Program-made: the position numbers and the translations under genes
Source: an uncultured Candidatus Saccharibacteria bacterium
Lineage (GTDB): Bacteria > Patescibacteriota > Saccharimonadia > Saccharimonadales > EFPC-124
Reading direction: 5' to 3'
Assembly (NCBI GenBank): GCA_965225085.1
Contig: CBDDBE010000001.1
Span: 323,641 to 376,169 of the forward strand
DNA: 52,529 nucleotides
Notes under the pieces: model-generated
Databases searched by the model: none
What the model was told of the DNA's origin: nothing
What the model saw: only the letters and a program-made list of their open reading frames with translations
Part shown: positions 10,313-18,950 of the stretch, piece after piece
Position numbering within the stretch: the first letter of the stretch is position 1
Layout: the number at the start of each line of letters is the position of its first letter

Positions 10313-11134
10313 ATGCCAACAACCAAGCCAGCCGATAAAATCCGTGCCAATAGTCCAACCTGGGAATTCCCAGACTTCGAGCTCAACGAACTCTCCAAAA
10401 AGAAAAACAAGTACGCCGTGTGTGTGTTTGTGATCAACGAAGGCAAAAAGGTCCAAGGCCAGCTAACACGGATGGCTAAATATGCCGATATCATCGACAT
10501 TATTGTGGCAGACGGTGGCAGCACCGATGGCTCGCTGGAGCCAGACTTCCTGAAGAAAAACAAGGTTCATGCGCTCCTCACCAAAAAAGGTCCGGGCAAA
10601 CTGAGCGCCCAAATGCGCATGGCATTCGCCTACGTGCTAAACGAAGGTTATGACGGCGTTGTCGTCGTGGATGGCAATGGCAAGGATGACATCAGCGCCA
10701 TCCCATCGTTCGTCGAGGCGCTCGAATCTGGCTACGACCACGTCCAGGGCTCACGCTTTATCCCCGGTGGCAAGGCTATCAATACGCCGCTATCGCGCGA
10801 AATCGGCTTGCACCTCATACACGCGCCACTCATCAGCCTAGCATCGCGCCGCCGGCACACCGACACCACGAACGGATTCCGAGCTTACAGCGCAAAGCTG
10901 CTCTCGGACAAAACCATTGCCGTCTTCCGCGACATCTTCCAAACCTACGAGCTTCACTATCACCTCAGCATCGAAGCTTCACGCGACAAGGACTACAAGC
11001 TTATCGAGATCCCCGTGACTCGCAAGTATCCAGCCAAGGGTAAAACTCCCACCAAAATCAGCCCCGTCAAAGGCAACCTGCACGTCATGGGCGTCCTATT
11101 GAAAGCCGTTACCGGAAAATATCGCAAGAAATAA
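10313..11134 (+). CDS. GT2 glycosyltransferase (DPM synthase-like, soluble)
   Basis: INEG, ADGGSTDGS, VDGNGKD, QGSRF and DTTNGFRAYS motifs. SD GAGGAGG. Confidence 0.9.
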   Translation: MPTTKPADKIRANSPTWEFPDFELNELSKKKNKYAVCVFVINEGKKVQGQLTRMAKYADIIDIIVADGGSTDGSLEPDFLKKNKVHALLTKKGPGKLSAQMRMAFAYVLNEGYDGVVVVDGNGKDDISAIPSFVEALESGYDHVQGSRFIPGGKAINTPLSREIGLHLIHAPLISLASRRRHTDTTNGFRAYSAKLLSDKTIAVFRDIFQTYELHYHLSIEASRDKDYKLIEIPVTRKYPAKGKTPTKISPVKGNLHVMGVLLKAVTGKYRKK

Positions 11135-11210
11135 TTTCGCCGTTTTGCTAATTTAGTCTATAATATGCTCCTGTCAGACACCGCTCACTTCATGGAAGGA
11201 TCTGAGCAAC

Positions 11211-12110
11211 ATGACTGGATCTTTGCTGATCCCTGGAAGCCGTATCGAAGAGCTGCTGGCCAACACGCCCGGACTGAATAGGGTTACTGGCGCAGCGCTG
11301 GTTATGGTATCGGGCGCGAAGTACGTCGATCCCGACGGCGCTGACAGGGCGCGCTTCACCGCAGCGCTGAAGGCAGCCGACTCCTCTACCAGGGCTGGGG
11401 TGCCGCACCTCTTCATGCTGGACAGTGCTTCGCACCGTGATGTGGCAGGCAAGCTTTGGAAGGCCGGCGGTATCGTCGTCTCCGTCCGTCACGACGAGGG
11501 CGGCCTGGCTAGACCCTACCTCACGGCCAGCACCCTGATCGATGCCGTCTACCCTGCCGCACTGATGGGTAAGGTGGAAGCCGAGAAGGACCTGTGTGAG
11601 TACCGCGAGAACATCACAACACTCCTCAAGGCCGCTGAGGACTTCAACGTCATCACTGGCGTCCGAAGCCAACTGACGCTTGACTCCATGCCGGACTATC
11701 TGCGGCTGACCGAAGCGCTCTTGGCGCTGGCCACTCGCGACCTGACCGGCACGTACGATGCGGCCTCTGGCGTCTTGGCGCTCACTGCCAGGGGCAGAAG
11801 GGTGCTACGCCAGACGATAGACGAAGAGTGGCAGTATCTCATCAACGTTCCGTTCGCTGCCCGAGTTTCTCATCGCCTGTCGACAGGCGAGGCTGAGATC
11901 GGCTTCCGCTACCACGAGATGGTGGTGCGCGAGGAGAACGGCAACGAGAGCACCTATGCCAAGCGCCGGCATCAGCTCCAGCTCATGTTGGACTGCGCCA
12001 TCGCAACCGCCGGCGGCATGCACTCGCTCACCCGTGCACAGCTTCAGACCGTCGCTAGCGTGCGCAGTGCGCTCGCAGCGCTGAAGAGACTCTCAGGAAT
12101 CGGGATCTGA
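11211..12110 (+). CDS. Hypothetical protein, possibly a divergent GT-A-fold protein (cassette 2)
   Basis: TATAAT at 11159-11164 and GGAAGGA at 11194-11200. Motif order LDSAS, EAEKD, VITGVR, D..SG loosely resembles GT-A folds. Confidence 0.65.
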   Translation: MTGSLLIPGSRIEELLANTPGLNRVTGAALVMVSGAKYVDPDGADRARFTAALKAADSSTRAGVPHLFMLDSASHRDVAGKLWKAGGIVVSVRHDEGGLARPYLTASTLIDAVYPAALMGKVEAEKDLCEYRENITTLLKAAEDFNVITGVRSQLTLDSMPDYLRLTEALLALATRDLTGTYDAASGVLALTARGRRVLRQTIDEEWQYLINVPFAARVSHRLSTGEAEIGFRYHEMVVREENGNESTYAKRRHQLQLMLDCAIATAGGMHSLTRAQLQTVASVRSALAALKRLSGIGI

Positions 12111-12154
12111 CAGACCAGCCCACCGGAGCACTATGCTCTTAGGTCGGTCAACAC

Positions 12155-12183
12155 GGCCCCGGGCGCACACTGCGCCTGGGGCC
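12155..12183 (+). terminator. GC-rich 13-bp hairpin followed by a C-run
   Basis: GGCCCCGGGCGCA-cac-TGCGCCTGGGGCC (one G-U pair). Confidence 0.65.
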
Positions 12184-12200
12184 ACCCCCAATGAGCTTAT

Positions 12201-14942
12201 CTAATCAGCCAGCGTCTTAAGGTTAGCGGCCGAGGTGTCTAGCATAGTCCAGCTGGCACTTGTTATCTGAATAGTTCCCGTTGCTGGCAGCAGCGAATAG
12301 GTCTTTAGCCGTAAATAAGGATCCTGGTTGTACTCGCTGATCACAACCGGAAATGTCATCTCGCCCACATTCGGATTCAGCGACACGGCAGTTGACGAAT
12401 AGGTATTGTTCGACTCAATCATAAACCGAACCGTCTTGCCAAAGAGAGGGATAGCCGAAATGGACGACGAAAGCTTGTAATGCACATTGACTAACATCAC
12501 GAGCCGCTTTGGGCGTGGAGTATGCAGCTGCGGCCCAGTTCCACTTAGGCCCTGCGACTTTGCTTGCTTGTACTCCCTCAACTCCTGTGCTCTGCGCGCA
12601 TCATCAACCTTCTTCTGAGTGGCATCTGCCTCTGGTCCATTGTTCTCGCGATTAAATTCTTCCCGCACCAGATCACTATTAAAGTTCTGGACAACATACT
12701 GGTCGTACTGGTCCAACGATATCTCTAATTGCGTAGGTACGACTCGTCCAAAATCAAGTAATCGCTGTCTGTCTTGCTGCATAACCTTTTGCCCATAGGC
12801 TTCAACGTCGGGGGCGTTGTCAAACGATGACTTTGGAAGAGTAATCTTCTGGTCTGCAGCGTCTACGGTTAACGGCTGCCACACCTGCGCTTGGGCATGC
12901 TGGTCCGACCACGCTTGGTCCTTGCGTTTCCATACTGCGTATGTTGGCGTCTCGCGCACGACCTCGTAGTTCTGGTCGATCAACGAATACAAACTCCAAT
13001 GCTCATTCTCCATCCATCCTTCCCAGGCAAAATAATCATGGGTGAAAGTCATGACAAATTTTGGCTTCATTGTTTTAAAATCGTTCAAGTAATCCGCCCT
13101 GCGCTGCTGACCGAGGGCGTGAATAATGTAGTCGTAACCGCCCCTACTCGGATTCATAATGCCCATCTCTTGGTTGATAACTCCGGTATATAGCGACCAA
13201 ACCTTGGTATTGTCGTGCTTGAAGTCCTCGGCTACGACCAGCGGCTGCGGAGCCCCGTCATGCGCTGGGTCTAATTGCGCCGCGCTACCTTGCAGGGTCA
13301 CGTACAACTTGTGGTCTCGGGTCGTAACGCTTCGCACAATTTGCCGCCCAGCCTTCGGGAAGTACACGATCTGCCCTGGACGGATAAATGAATCATGGGC
13401 GCCAGATTCTACAACGAGCTGATTGCCACCAGCCTTCACGCCATGTTCGTACCCATCGGCATTAGTGTCGGCAATAGCCACCGTATTATCGGCTTGGATA
13501 ATTGGCATAACTAGCTGGTCGACGCCTCTCCACTCGCCGCCCAGCACATTTGTATCGACACCGGTCACGTAGTTCTTGACGCGAACAAATGCCTCACCGA
13601 CCGGAAATTTATCCTTCAGGAAAACAGCCAACAGTGCTGCATAGACCAAACTAAGCATGATAATGAAGATGGCGAGCCCGCGCCAAAACATTGCAGGCTG
13701 AAGCTTGAAGCGCTTTTTCGACTTACCGAGCTCATAACCATACGTGATGGTTCGTTTCCACCGCTCGCCAAGTATCACGATAGCTATACTACCCATTATG
13801 AGCGACATACGAGCCAGATTTGACGCCTCGAAATTGCTATAGTAGCCAAGCATAGAAACCATTGCGAATGTGCCGGTCAACCACGCATACAAAAACGCCT
13901 GCGACTCGATACGGAACGTGCCCAGCCGAAAAAGTCGATACCCCAACCAGGCCGCGACAACCGCCATAACCCACATGATCAGCAGTAGCCAGTCATTGGC
14001 GAAGGTCTGCCAGACATTGTCAGAATTGATGTATTTGTTGGGCGGTACGCCAAAGTACCAGAACTGATCGGCTGGAATATCAACTAGCGCGTATCTGATC
14101 GGTTCAATCGGATTGCCCCTCGTGATGATCGTGAGCGCCACAAACAAGACAACCCCACCGCTTATGCCTGTGCGGAGCAGGCTAAGCCACCGCGTCGAAA
14201 ATCGCTCGCCTTTCCGGATAGGCAAAACAATGCGTGCAATGCTAAACGCCAAAATTGCAGCCGCGCCAAACTCCGTACCGCACATCAGACTGGCAGCCAG
14301 CAGCGAACCCACGATCAGCTCATACCAAGTTAGTGCCAGCACCCCTTCAGATCGTTGCCGTAGCACGGGTCGACTAAGCCGCTGCTGATTCAATATCACC
14401 GCCAGCAAGAAAACCGGCATCACCGATCGAACGCCCAGGATTGATGTAATCGGCAAAACCAAAAACGGTACCACCAGCATTCCTATGCCCGTTACGGCTG
14501 CGCTCATGCATAGTGCAAAGACGAAGCGCCGTCGCCAGATGTAAAAGACGGTAAATGTAGACAAAACAAAAAGCAGCGGCGACACCAGCCAACGTGCCAT
14601 TTCCTCACCAAACAATCCCTGCCCAAAAATTGCGTAGAACGGTAGATGCAACAGCGGCACCCCGATGCCGTGAAAGAAGTTAAAATCTCGTCCAATCACC
14701 TGCCCGGCCATCAATCGACGCAATGGGTTAAGCAGCTGAAACGCCCCATCCTGAGCCGGCCCATCAAAATACAGTGCGTTGCCAAGCGCCGTAATAATCG
14801 CGCCGAATGCCAGCGCCGCAAAGAGCAGCAATGCGCCAACCAGGTACAACCGTTCGGTCGACTGCCGAGCTATAATCCCCTTTGTGTGTTTTGTTCTGCT
14901 AGATAATACGTCGCGGATGCGGTTGACAGATAATTGAGCCAT
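12201..14942 (-). CDS. Large polytopic membrane protein, probable GT-C-type transferase with long extracytoplasmic C-terminus
   Basis: DGAFQLLNPLRR..GQ..GRDF.FFHG loop, about 12 TM segments, DYIIHALG motif. Confidence 0.65.
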   Translation of the reverse strand: MAQLSVNRIRDVLSSRTKHTKGIIARQSTERLYLVGALLLFAALAFGAIITALGNALYFDGPAQDGAFQLLNPLRRLMAGQVIGRDFNFFHGIGVPLLHLPFYAIFGQGLFGEEMARWLVSPLLFVLSTFTVFYIWRRRFVFALCMSAAVTGIGMLVVPFLVLPITSILGVRSVMPVFLLAVILNQQRLSRPVLRQRSEGVLALTWYELIVGSLLAASLMCGTEFGAAAILAFSIARIVLPIRKGERFSTRWLSLLRTGISGGVVLFVALTIITRGNPIEPIRYALVDIPADQFWYFGVPPNKYINSDNVWQTFANDWLLLIMWVMAVVAAWLGYRLFRLGTFRIESQAFLYAWLTGTFAMVSMLGYYSNFEASNLARMSLIMGSIAIVILGERWKRTITYGYELGKSKKRFKLQPAMFWRGLAIFIIMLSLVYAALLAVFLKDKFPVGEAFVRVKNYVTGVDTNVLGGEWRGVDQLVMPIIQADNTVAIADTNADGYEHGVKAGGNQLVVESGAHDSFIRPGQIVYFPKAGRQIVRSVTTRDHKLYVTLQGSAAQLDPAHDGAPQPLVVAEDFKHDNTKVWSLYTGVINQEMGIMNPSRGGYDYIIHALGQQRRADYLNDFKTMKPKFVMTFTHDYFAWEGWMENEHWSLYSLIDQNYEVVRETPTYAVWKRKDQAWSDQHAQAQVWQPLTVDAADQKITLPKSSFDNAPDVEAYGQKVMQQDRQRLLDFGRVVPTQLEISLDQYDQYVVQNFNSDLVREEFNRENNGPEADATQKKVDDARRAQELREYKQAKSQGLSGTGPQLHTPRPKRLVMLVNVHYKLSSSISAIPLFGKTVRFMIESNNTYSSTAVSLNPNVGEMTFPVVISEYNQDPYLRLKTYSLLPATGTIQITSASWTMLDTSAANLKTLAD

Positions 14943-15085
14943 GCGGAAACGTTCCCCTAAAACTTCCTTTCATTATACAGATTGGTTCCCAGAAACCGAA
15001 TAGGCGGAACAGTTTACGAAAAAACTATTTTATTGTATGTTAAGAAAGCTCGCAAACAAAAACGACTGTCAAGGAGGTGGGCTTC

Positions 15086-15493
15086 ATGCCCCCGATCAGT
15101 CCGACCCAAGCGATTGTCTGTACTGGCTATGGTAACGCCAAGATCGTGCCCGTGAGGGGTAACCCCAACATCGGCAAGATCGTCTACTTCCAGAACTTCG
15201 GCGGCGGCTATGCGGTCGGGTCGAGTCTGGCATTCCATGAGCCTAACTCGGAATGTGACATGCACAACCACCGGGGCGCCGTGGAACAATTCTTCGTCGT
15301 GAGCGGGTCGGGCACTGTCACGATCGACGGAATTGAGCACCCGGTTCAAGCTCATGACCTGGTGCTCGTGCCCGTCGGCGCTTGGCACAAGCTCAAGGCC
15401 GGACCGTTTGAGCCCTTCGTGGTTCTTTGCACCTTCGTCCTCGCGCCCGGCAATGAAGACGACGAGACGCCCTGGGTGGGCACTACGGCCTGA
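15086..15493 (+). CDS. Cupin-domain protein (cassette 3)
   Basis: Cupin motifs HNH....EQFFVVSGSG and DLVLVP.G.WH. SD AAGGAGGT at 15071-15078. Confidence 0.85.
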   Translation: MPPISPTQAIVCTGYGNAKIVPVRGNPNIGKIVYFQNFGGGYAVGSSLAFHEPNSECDMHNHRGAVEQFFVVSGSGTVTIDGIEHPVQAHDLVLVPVGAWHKLKAGPFEPFVVLCTFVLAPGNEDDETPWVGTTA

Positions 15494-15513
15494 GCCCGGC
15501 CCATCGCAACGAC

Positions 15514-15544
15514 GGCCCCGCCCGAGTAATAATCGGGTGGGGCC
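15514..15544 (+). terminator. GC-rich 12-bp hairpin followed by a C-rich tail
   Basis: GGCCCCGCCCGA-gtaataa-TCGGGTGGGGCC. Confidence 0.65.
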
Positions 15545-15614
15545 ACACCCCACATGACCTTATCCCCCCAAAATCCTGTACAATGAATATACAGAATTGT
15601 CTAAGGAGGGTTGA

Positions 15615-16391
15615 ATGACCAGTGCACTCATTGGCTACACCGGTTTCGTAGGCGGCAATCTTGACGCTAAGGCCGACTTTACTGACCGCTACAATACCAA
15701 AAATATCGACCAGATTGATGGCAAGCAATACGACCTCGTGGTCAGCGCGGCAACCTACGCTGAAATGTGGAAGATCAACCAAGATCCAGAGGGCGATCTG
15801 GCCCAGGTCGACTCGCTGATCGCGCATCTGAAGAACGTCAAAGCAAAACAATTCGTCCTCATCTCCACCGTTGGCGTCTACAAAAATTCCGAAGGTGCGA
15901 CCGAGGACACGCCCATCACGCTTGAAGGGCTTCCACCATATGGCGTGAACCGCTACCACCTAGAGCAGTTCGTGCGGGAGCAATTCCCCGGTGCGCTGAT
16001 TGTCCGCTTGCCCGGCCTATTTGGAAAAGGCCTCAAGAAAAACGTCATCTACGACCTTCTGCATGACAATAATGTCGACCGCATTCACTACGCCGGCAGC
16101 TACCAATACTACAACTTGGCAAACCTGTGGAAGGACATCCAGACCGCGCTTAGCAGCAAGCTCACACTCCTCAATCTCGCCACGGCTCCAGTCCGCACCG
16201 ACGAACTGGCTGATTACGCCTTTGGTATCAAGAACTTCAGGACCGAGCCAGAAGGCTTCACGCCGGCCAAATGGGATATGCGCACCAAGCACGACGCGCT
16301 TTTTGGTGGCCACGACGGCTATCTGTATACCAAGCAACAATCACTCGACGACATCAAAAACTTCGTCGCCGAGCAAGGAGCTACCTCATGA
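15615..16391 (+). CDS. NAD(P)-binding epimerase/dehydratase-like protein (extended SDR)
   Basis: ALIGYTGFVGGNL, LISTVGVY, YGVNR and RLPGLFG motifs. SD AAGGAGG. Confidence 0.85.
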   Translation: MTSALIGYTGFVGGNLDAKADFTDRYNTKNIDQIDGKQYDLVVSAATYAEMWKINQDPEGDLAQVDSLIAHLKNVKAKQFVLISTVGVYKNSEGATEDTPITLEGLPPYGVNRYHLEQFVREQFPGALIVRLPGLFGKGLKKNVIYDLLHDNNVDRIHYAGSYQYYNLANLWKDIQTALSSKLTLLNLATAPVRTDELADYAFGIKNFRTEPEGFTPAKWDMRTKHDALFGGHDGYLYTKQQSLDDIKNFVAEQGATS

Positions 16392-17203
16392 ACATTGCCG
16401 TTAGTAATATCGCCTGGACGAGCGAAGAAGAACCGGACGTCGCAAAGACACTCCAGGAGCTCGGCATTCACCATGTCGAAATCGCCCCGACCAGAGTCTG
16501 GGAAAATCCAACAAACGTTACCGACCAGGAGATCCAACAGTACAAAGACTTCTGGGCAAAGCACGACATCGAGATTGTCGCCTTCCAGTCGATGCTTTTT
16601 CCCCGCCCGGACCTTACTATCTTCGACAGCCCCGAGCTTCGTGCGCAGACACAGGACCACCTGGCAAAGTTCATCGCGCTTGCCGGCCGCGTCGGGGCGG
16701 AAGTGCTGGTCTTTGGCTCGCCCAAAAACCGCATCGTGCCTGAGGGCATGCCTGCCGATAAGGCTTGGGACATCGCCAAGGAGTTCTTTGGCAACCTCGG
16801 CAACATTGCTATCAACGCTCAAACCAACTTCTGTATCGAACCAAATGCCAAGGAGTACAACTGCAACTTCGTAAATACCGCCGCCGAAGGTCTCAAGCTG
16901 GTTGAGGAGGTCGACAATCTCGGATTCGAGCTGCACTTGGATGCCGCCATTATGGCCATGGAACATGACGACCCGCAAAGTAGCATCGAAAATGCTCGCG
17001 AACACCTACGCCACTTCCACATCAGCGCCCCGATGCTAATGCCGATTGAGGAAGCGAAGGTCAATCACCAGACCTTTGCCGACGCACTGCGAAGTATCAA
17101 CTACCAACACTTTACCTCTATCGAGATGCGGCCTGGCGATGACGGGACTAACGTGGACCGCGTTCGCGATGCGGTGAAGATTGCTCAGAAATACTATGCA
17201 TAA
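16388..17203 (+). CDS. Sugar-phosphate isomerase/epimerase (xylose-isomerase-like TIM barrel)
   Basis: AVSNIAW, EIAP, VFGSPKNR, IEPN, HLD, HFHIS and SIEM motifs. ATGA overlap with the upstream gene. Confidence 0.88.
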   Translation: MNIAVSNIAWTSEEEPDVAKTLQELGIHHVEIAPTRVWENPTNVTDQEIQQYKDFWAKHDIEIVAFQSMLFPRPDLTIFDSPELRAQTQDHLAKFIALAGRVGAEVLVFGSPKNRIVPEGMPADKAWDIAKEFFGNLGNIAINAQTNFCIEPNAKEYNCNFVNTAAEGLKLVEEVDNLGFELHLDAAIMAMEHDDPQSSIENAREHLRHFHISAPMLMPIEEAKVNHQTFADALRSINYQHFTSIEMRPGDDGTNVDRVRDAVKIAQKYYA

Positions 17204-17759
17204 ACCGGACGACAACCCCTGGAAAACCATCTCAAGTCGTATCGCCTACCAATCTCCATACCTCACCGTTAGGGAGGACAAGGTAATAACACCCGGAAAC
17301 AATGAAGGTATATATAGCCTTATCGAGTCAAAACCTGGCGTACTCGTCGTCGCCCAGACGGATAACGACGAAATATATCTCATTGAGTCATTTCGCTACC
17401 CTTTGCAAGCCTGGTGTTGGGAGATTCCTGGTGGCGGCATTGATCAAGGAGATACACCGCTCGAAGCAGCACAAAAAGAGTTAGAGGAAGAACTCGGCTT
17501 ACGAGCTGACAGTTGGGAACAGCTAGGTGACATGTACCCTTCAAATAACGGACCATTGAATGACCACAATCTGGTTTTTCTAGCGCGTACGTTGCATTCG
17601 GTACAGAAACATCACGAGGCCGGAGAAGCCATCCGGCCGCCAAAGATAGTACCGTGGAAAGATGTACTTAGCATGGTGCGGCAAGGAAAATTAACCGACG
17701 GGCAATCGCTCGGCGCGCTGATGCACTACCTATTATGGAGGCAGGAGCAAGGCCGCTAG
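17196..17759 (+). CDS. NUDIX hydrolase (ADP-sugar pyrophosphatase-like)
   Basis: Nudix box WEIPGGGIDQGDTPLEAAQKELEEELG. Confidence 0.9.
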   Translation: MHKPDDNPWKTISSRIAYQSPYLTVREDKVITPGNNEGIYSLIESKPGVLVVAQTDNDEIYLIESFRYPLQAWCWEIPGGGIDQGDTPLEAAQKELEEELGLRADSWEQLGDMYPSNNGPLNDHNLVFLARTLHSVQKHHEAGEAIRPPKIVPWKDVLSMVRQGKLTDGQSLGALMHYLLWRQEQGR

Positions 17760-17811
17760 CGCTATTTGCCTGATTTCGGTATTCGCTGAAGGCAAAGAGC
17801 GGGCCTGAAGG

Positions 17812-18195
17812 CTACCTCTTACGAGCTAATTGTTCGCGCTCGATCTCGTCCACCATTACCAGCTTCTCGTGAATGCGAGTGACAGTTCGCTTGAGCGCGG
17901 TTACTTCTTCGTTGGTTTCAACTATCAACAGCAGTGCAAATACGAATAGCGTCAGCACGGCAACGTCAAACAAGCTCATCGGCGCAGAGTCGGTTAGGTT
18001 GTGTTGGATCAGCGTATTGTACAGTGGCTGCACAAAGCTCAACACCACACCGATCGATAACCAAAACACCACCTCAACCACACACTTGGTGCGCGAAATA
18101 CGTGACGGTTTGGTCTTATAGCGAGTGATCGCCCGCACGATTCCAACCATTACAACCGGCAGGTTTATCAGCACAAGCAACAGGTATTTACTCAT
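17812..18195 (-). CDS. Small membrane protein with C-terminal coiled coil (DUF2304-like)
   Basis: Three TM segments plus a helical tail. Translationally coupled downstream of a GT2. Confidence 0.65.
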   Translation of the reverse strand: MSKYLLLVLINLPVVMVGIVRAITRYKTKPSRISRTKCVVEVVFWLSIGVVLSFVQPLYNTLIQHNLTDSAPMSLFDVAVLTLFVFALLLIVETNEEVTALKRTVTRIHEKLVMVDEIEREQLARKR

Positions 18196-18914
18196 CCTGC
18201 TATCCTTATACTAATGAGATCGCGAAGGATTTCCATAGACGCCCAGATACTCTGCCCGCGGGCCATGCCTTCCTTGCTATAGCTCACCGCAATCGGCACT
18301 TCGTCGACATGTACACCGCTACGGGCTGCGTGCCACAGCGTCTCGGTGCAGAATCCGTAGCGATCCAAGGTGTAGTTCGATATCTTTGGCAATGTCTGCG
18401 CGCCGTACAGGCGCATGCCGCTCTGTGTGTCCTTTGTTTTGATGCCAAAAAGTATGCGGCTAACGAGACTGCCGCCCCAGTTAATGAAGCGCCGCTGCAA
18501 TGGCATGCTCTGCTTGTTGCCGGTGTGCAGGCGGCTGCCGACAATCATTTCGGAATTGTGCCTTGCGGCATATTCGACCAGCTGCTTGATGTCGTCGCTG
18601 GCGTGTTGACCGTCACCATCAATAGTCACAACGTACGCGAGGTTGGCAACGTACTTTTCGGCATAATGCAGGCCCGTACGAGTTGCGCCACCAGCGCCGG
18701 TATTGACGACGTGGCTCAGCACGATTGCGCCAGCCGCTCGGGCCTCGTCTGCGGTGATGTCTGTCGAACCGTCGTCGATCACCAGCACAGTGGTCTTGAA
18801 CGATGTCGATTTTGTCTTAATAGTACGGGGAATAGACGCGATGACGTCTGCAATATGCGGCCCCTCATTCAGCGCCGGTATTACGACGAGGACCGTCAGT
18901 GGTGTATCAGCCAA
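18192..18914 (-). CDS. GT2 glycosyltransferase (DPM synthase-like)
   Basis: VIPALNE, IDDGSTD, DGDGQH, GSR and DTQSGMR motifs. Confidence 0.92.
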   Translation of the reverse strand: MADTPLTVLVVIPALNEGPHIADVIASIPRTIKTKSTSFKTTVLVIDDGSTDITADEARAAGAIVLSHVVNTGAGGATRTGLHYAEKYVANLAYVVTIDGDGQHASDDIKQLVEYAARHNSEMIVGSRLHTGNKQSMPLQRRFINWGGSLVSRILFGIKTKDTQSGMRLYGAQTLPKISNYTLDRYGFCTETLWHAARSGVHVDEVPIAVSYSKEGMARGQSIWASMEILRDLISIRIAG

Positions 18915-18950
18915 GATTGTACCCTTTTTATCATAAACTTCATCTTACCA

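Noticed and set aside
9751-15550. Cassettes as integron gene cassettes with attC sites
   Set aside because: The hairpins lack RYYYAAC/GTTRRRY ends, the cassettes are dispersed rather than arrayed, and there is no integron integrase in the window.
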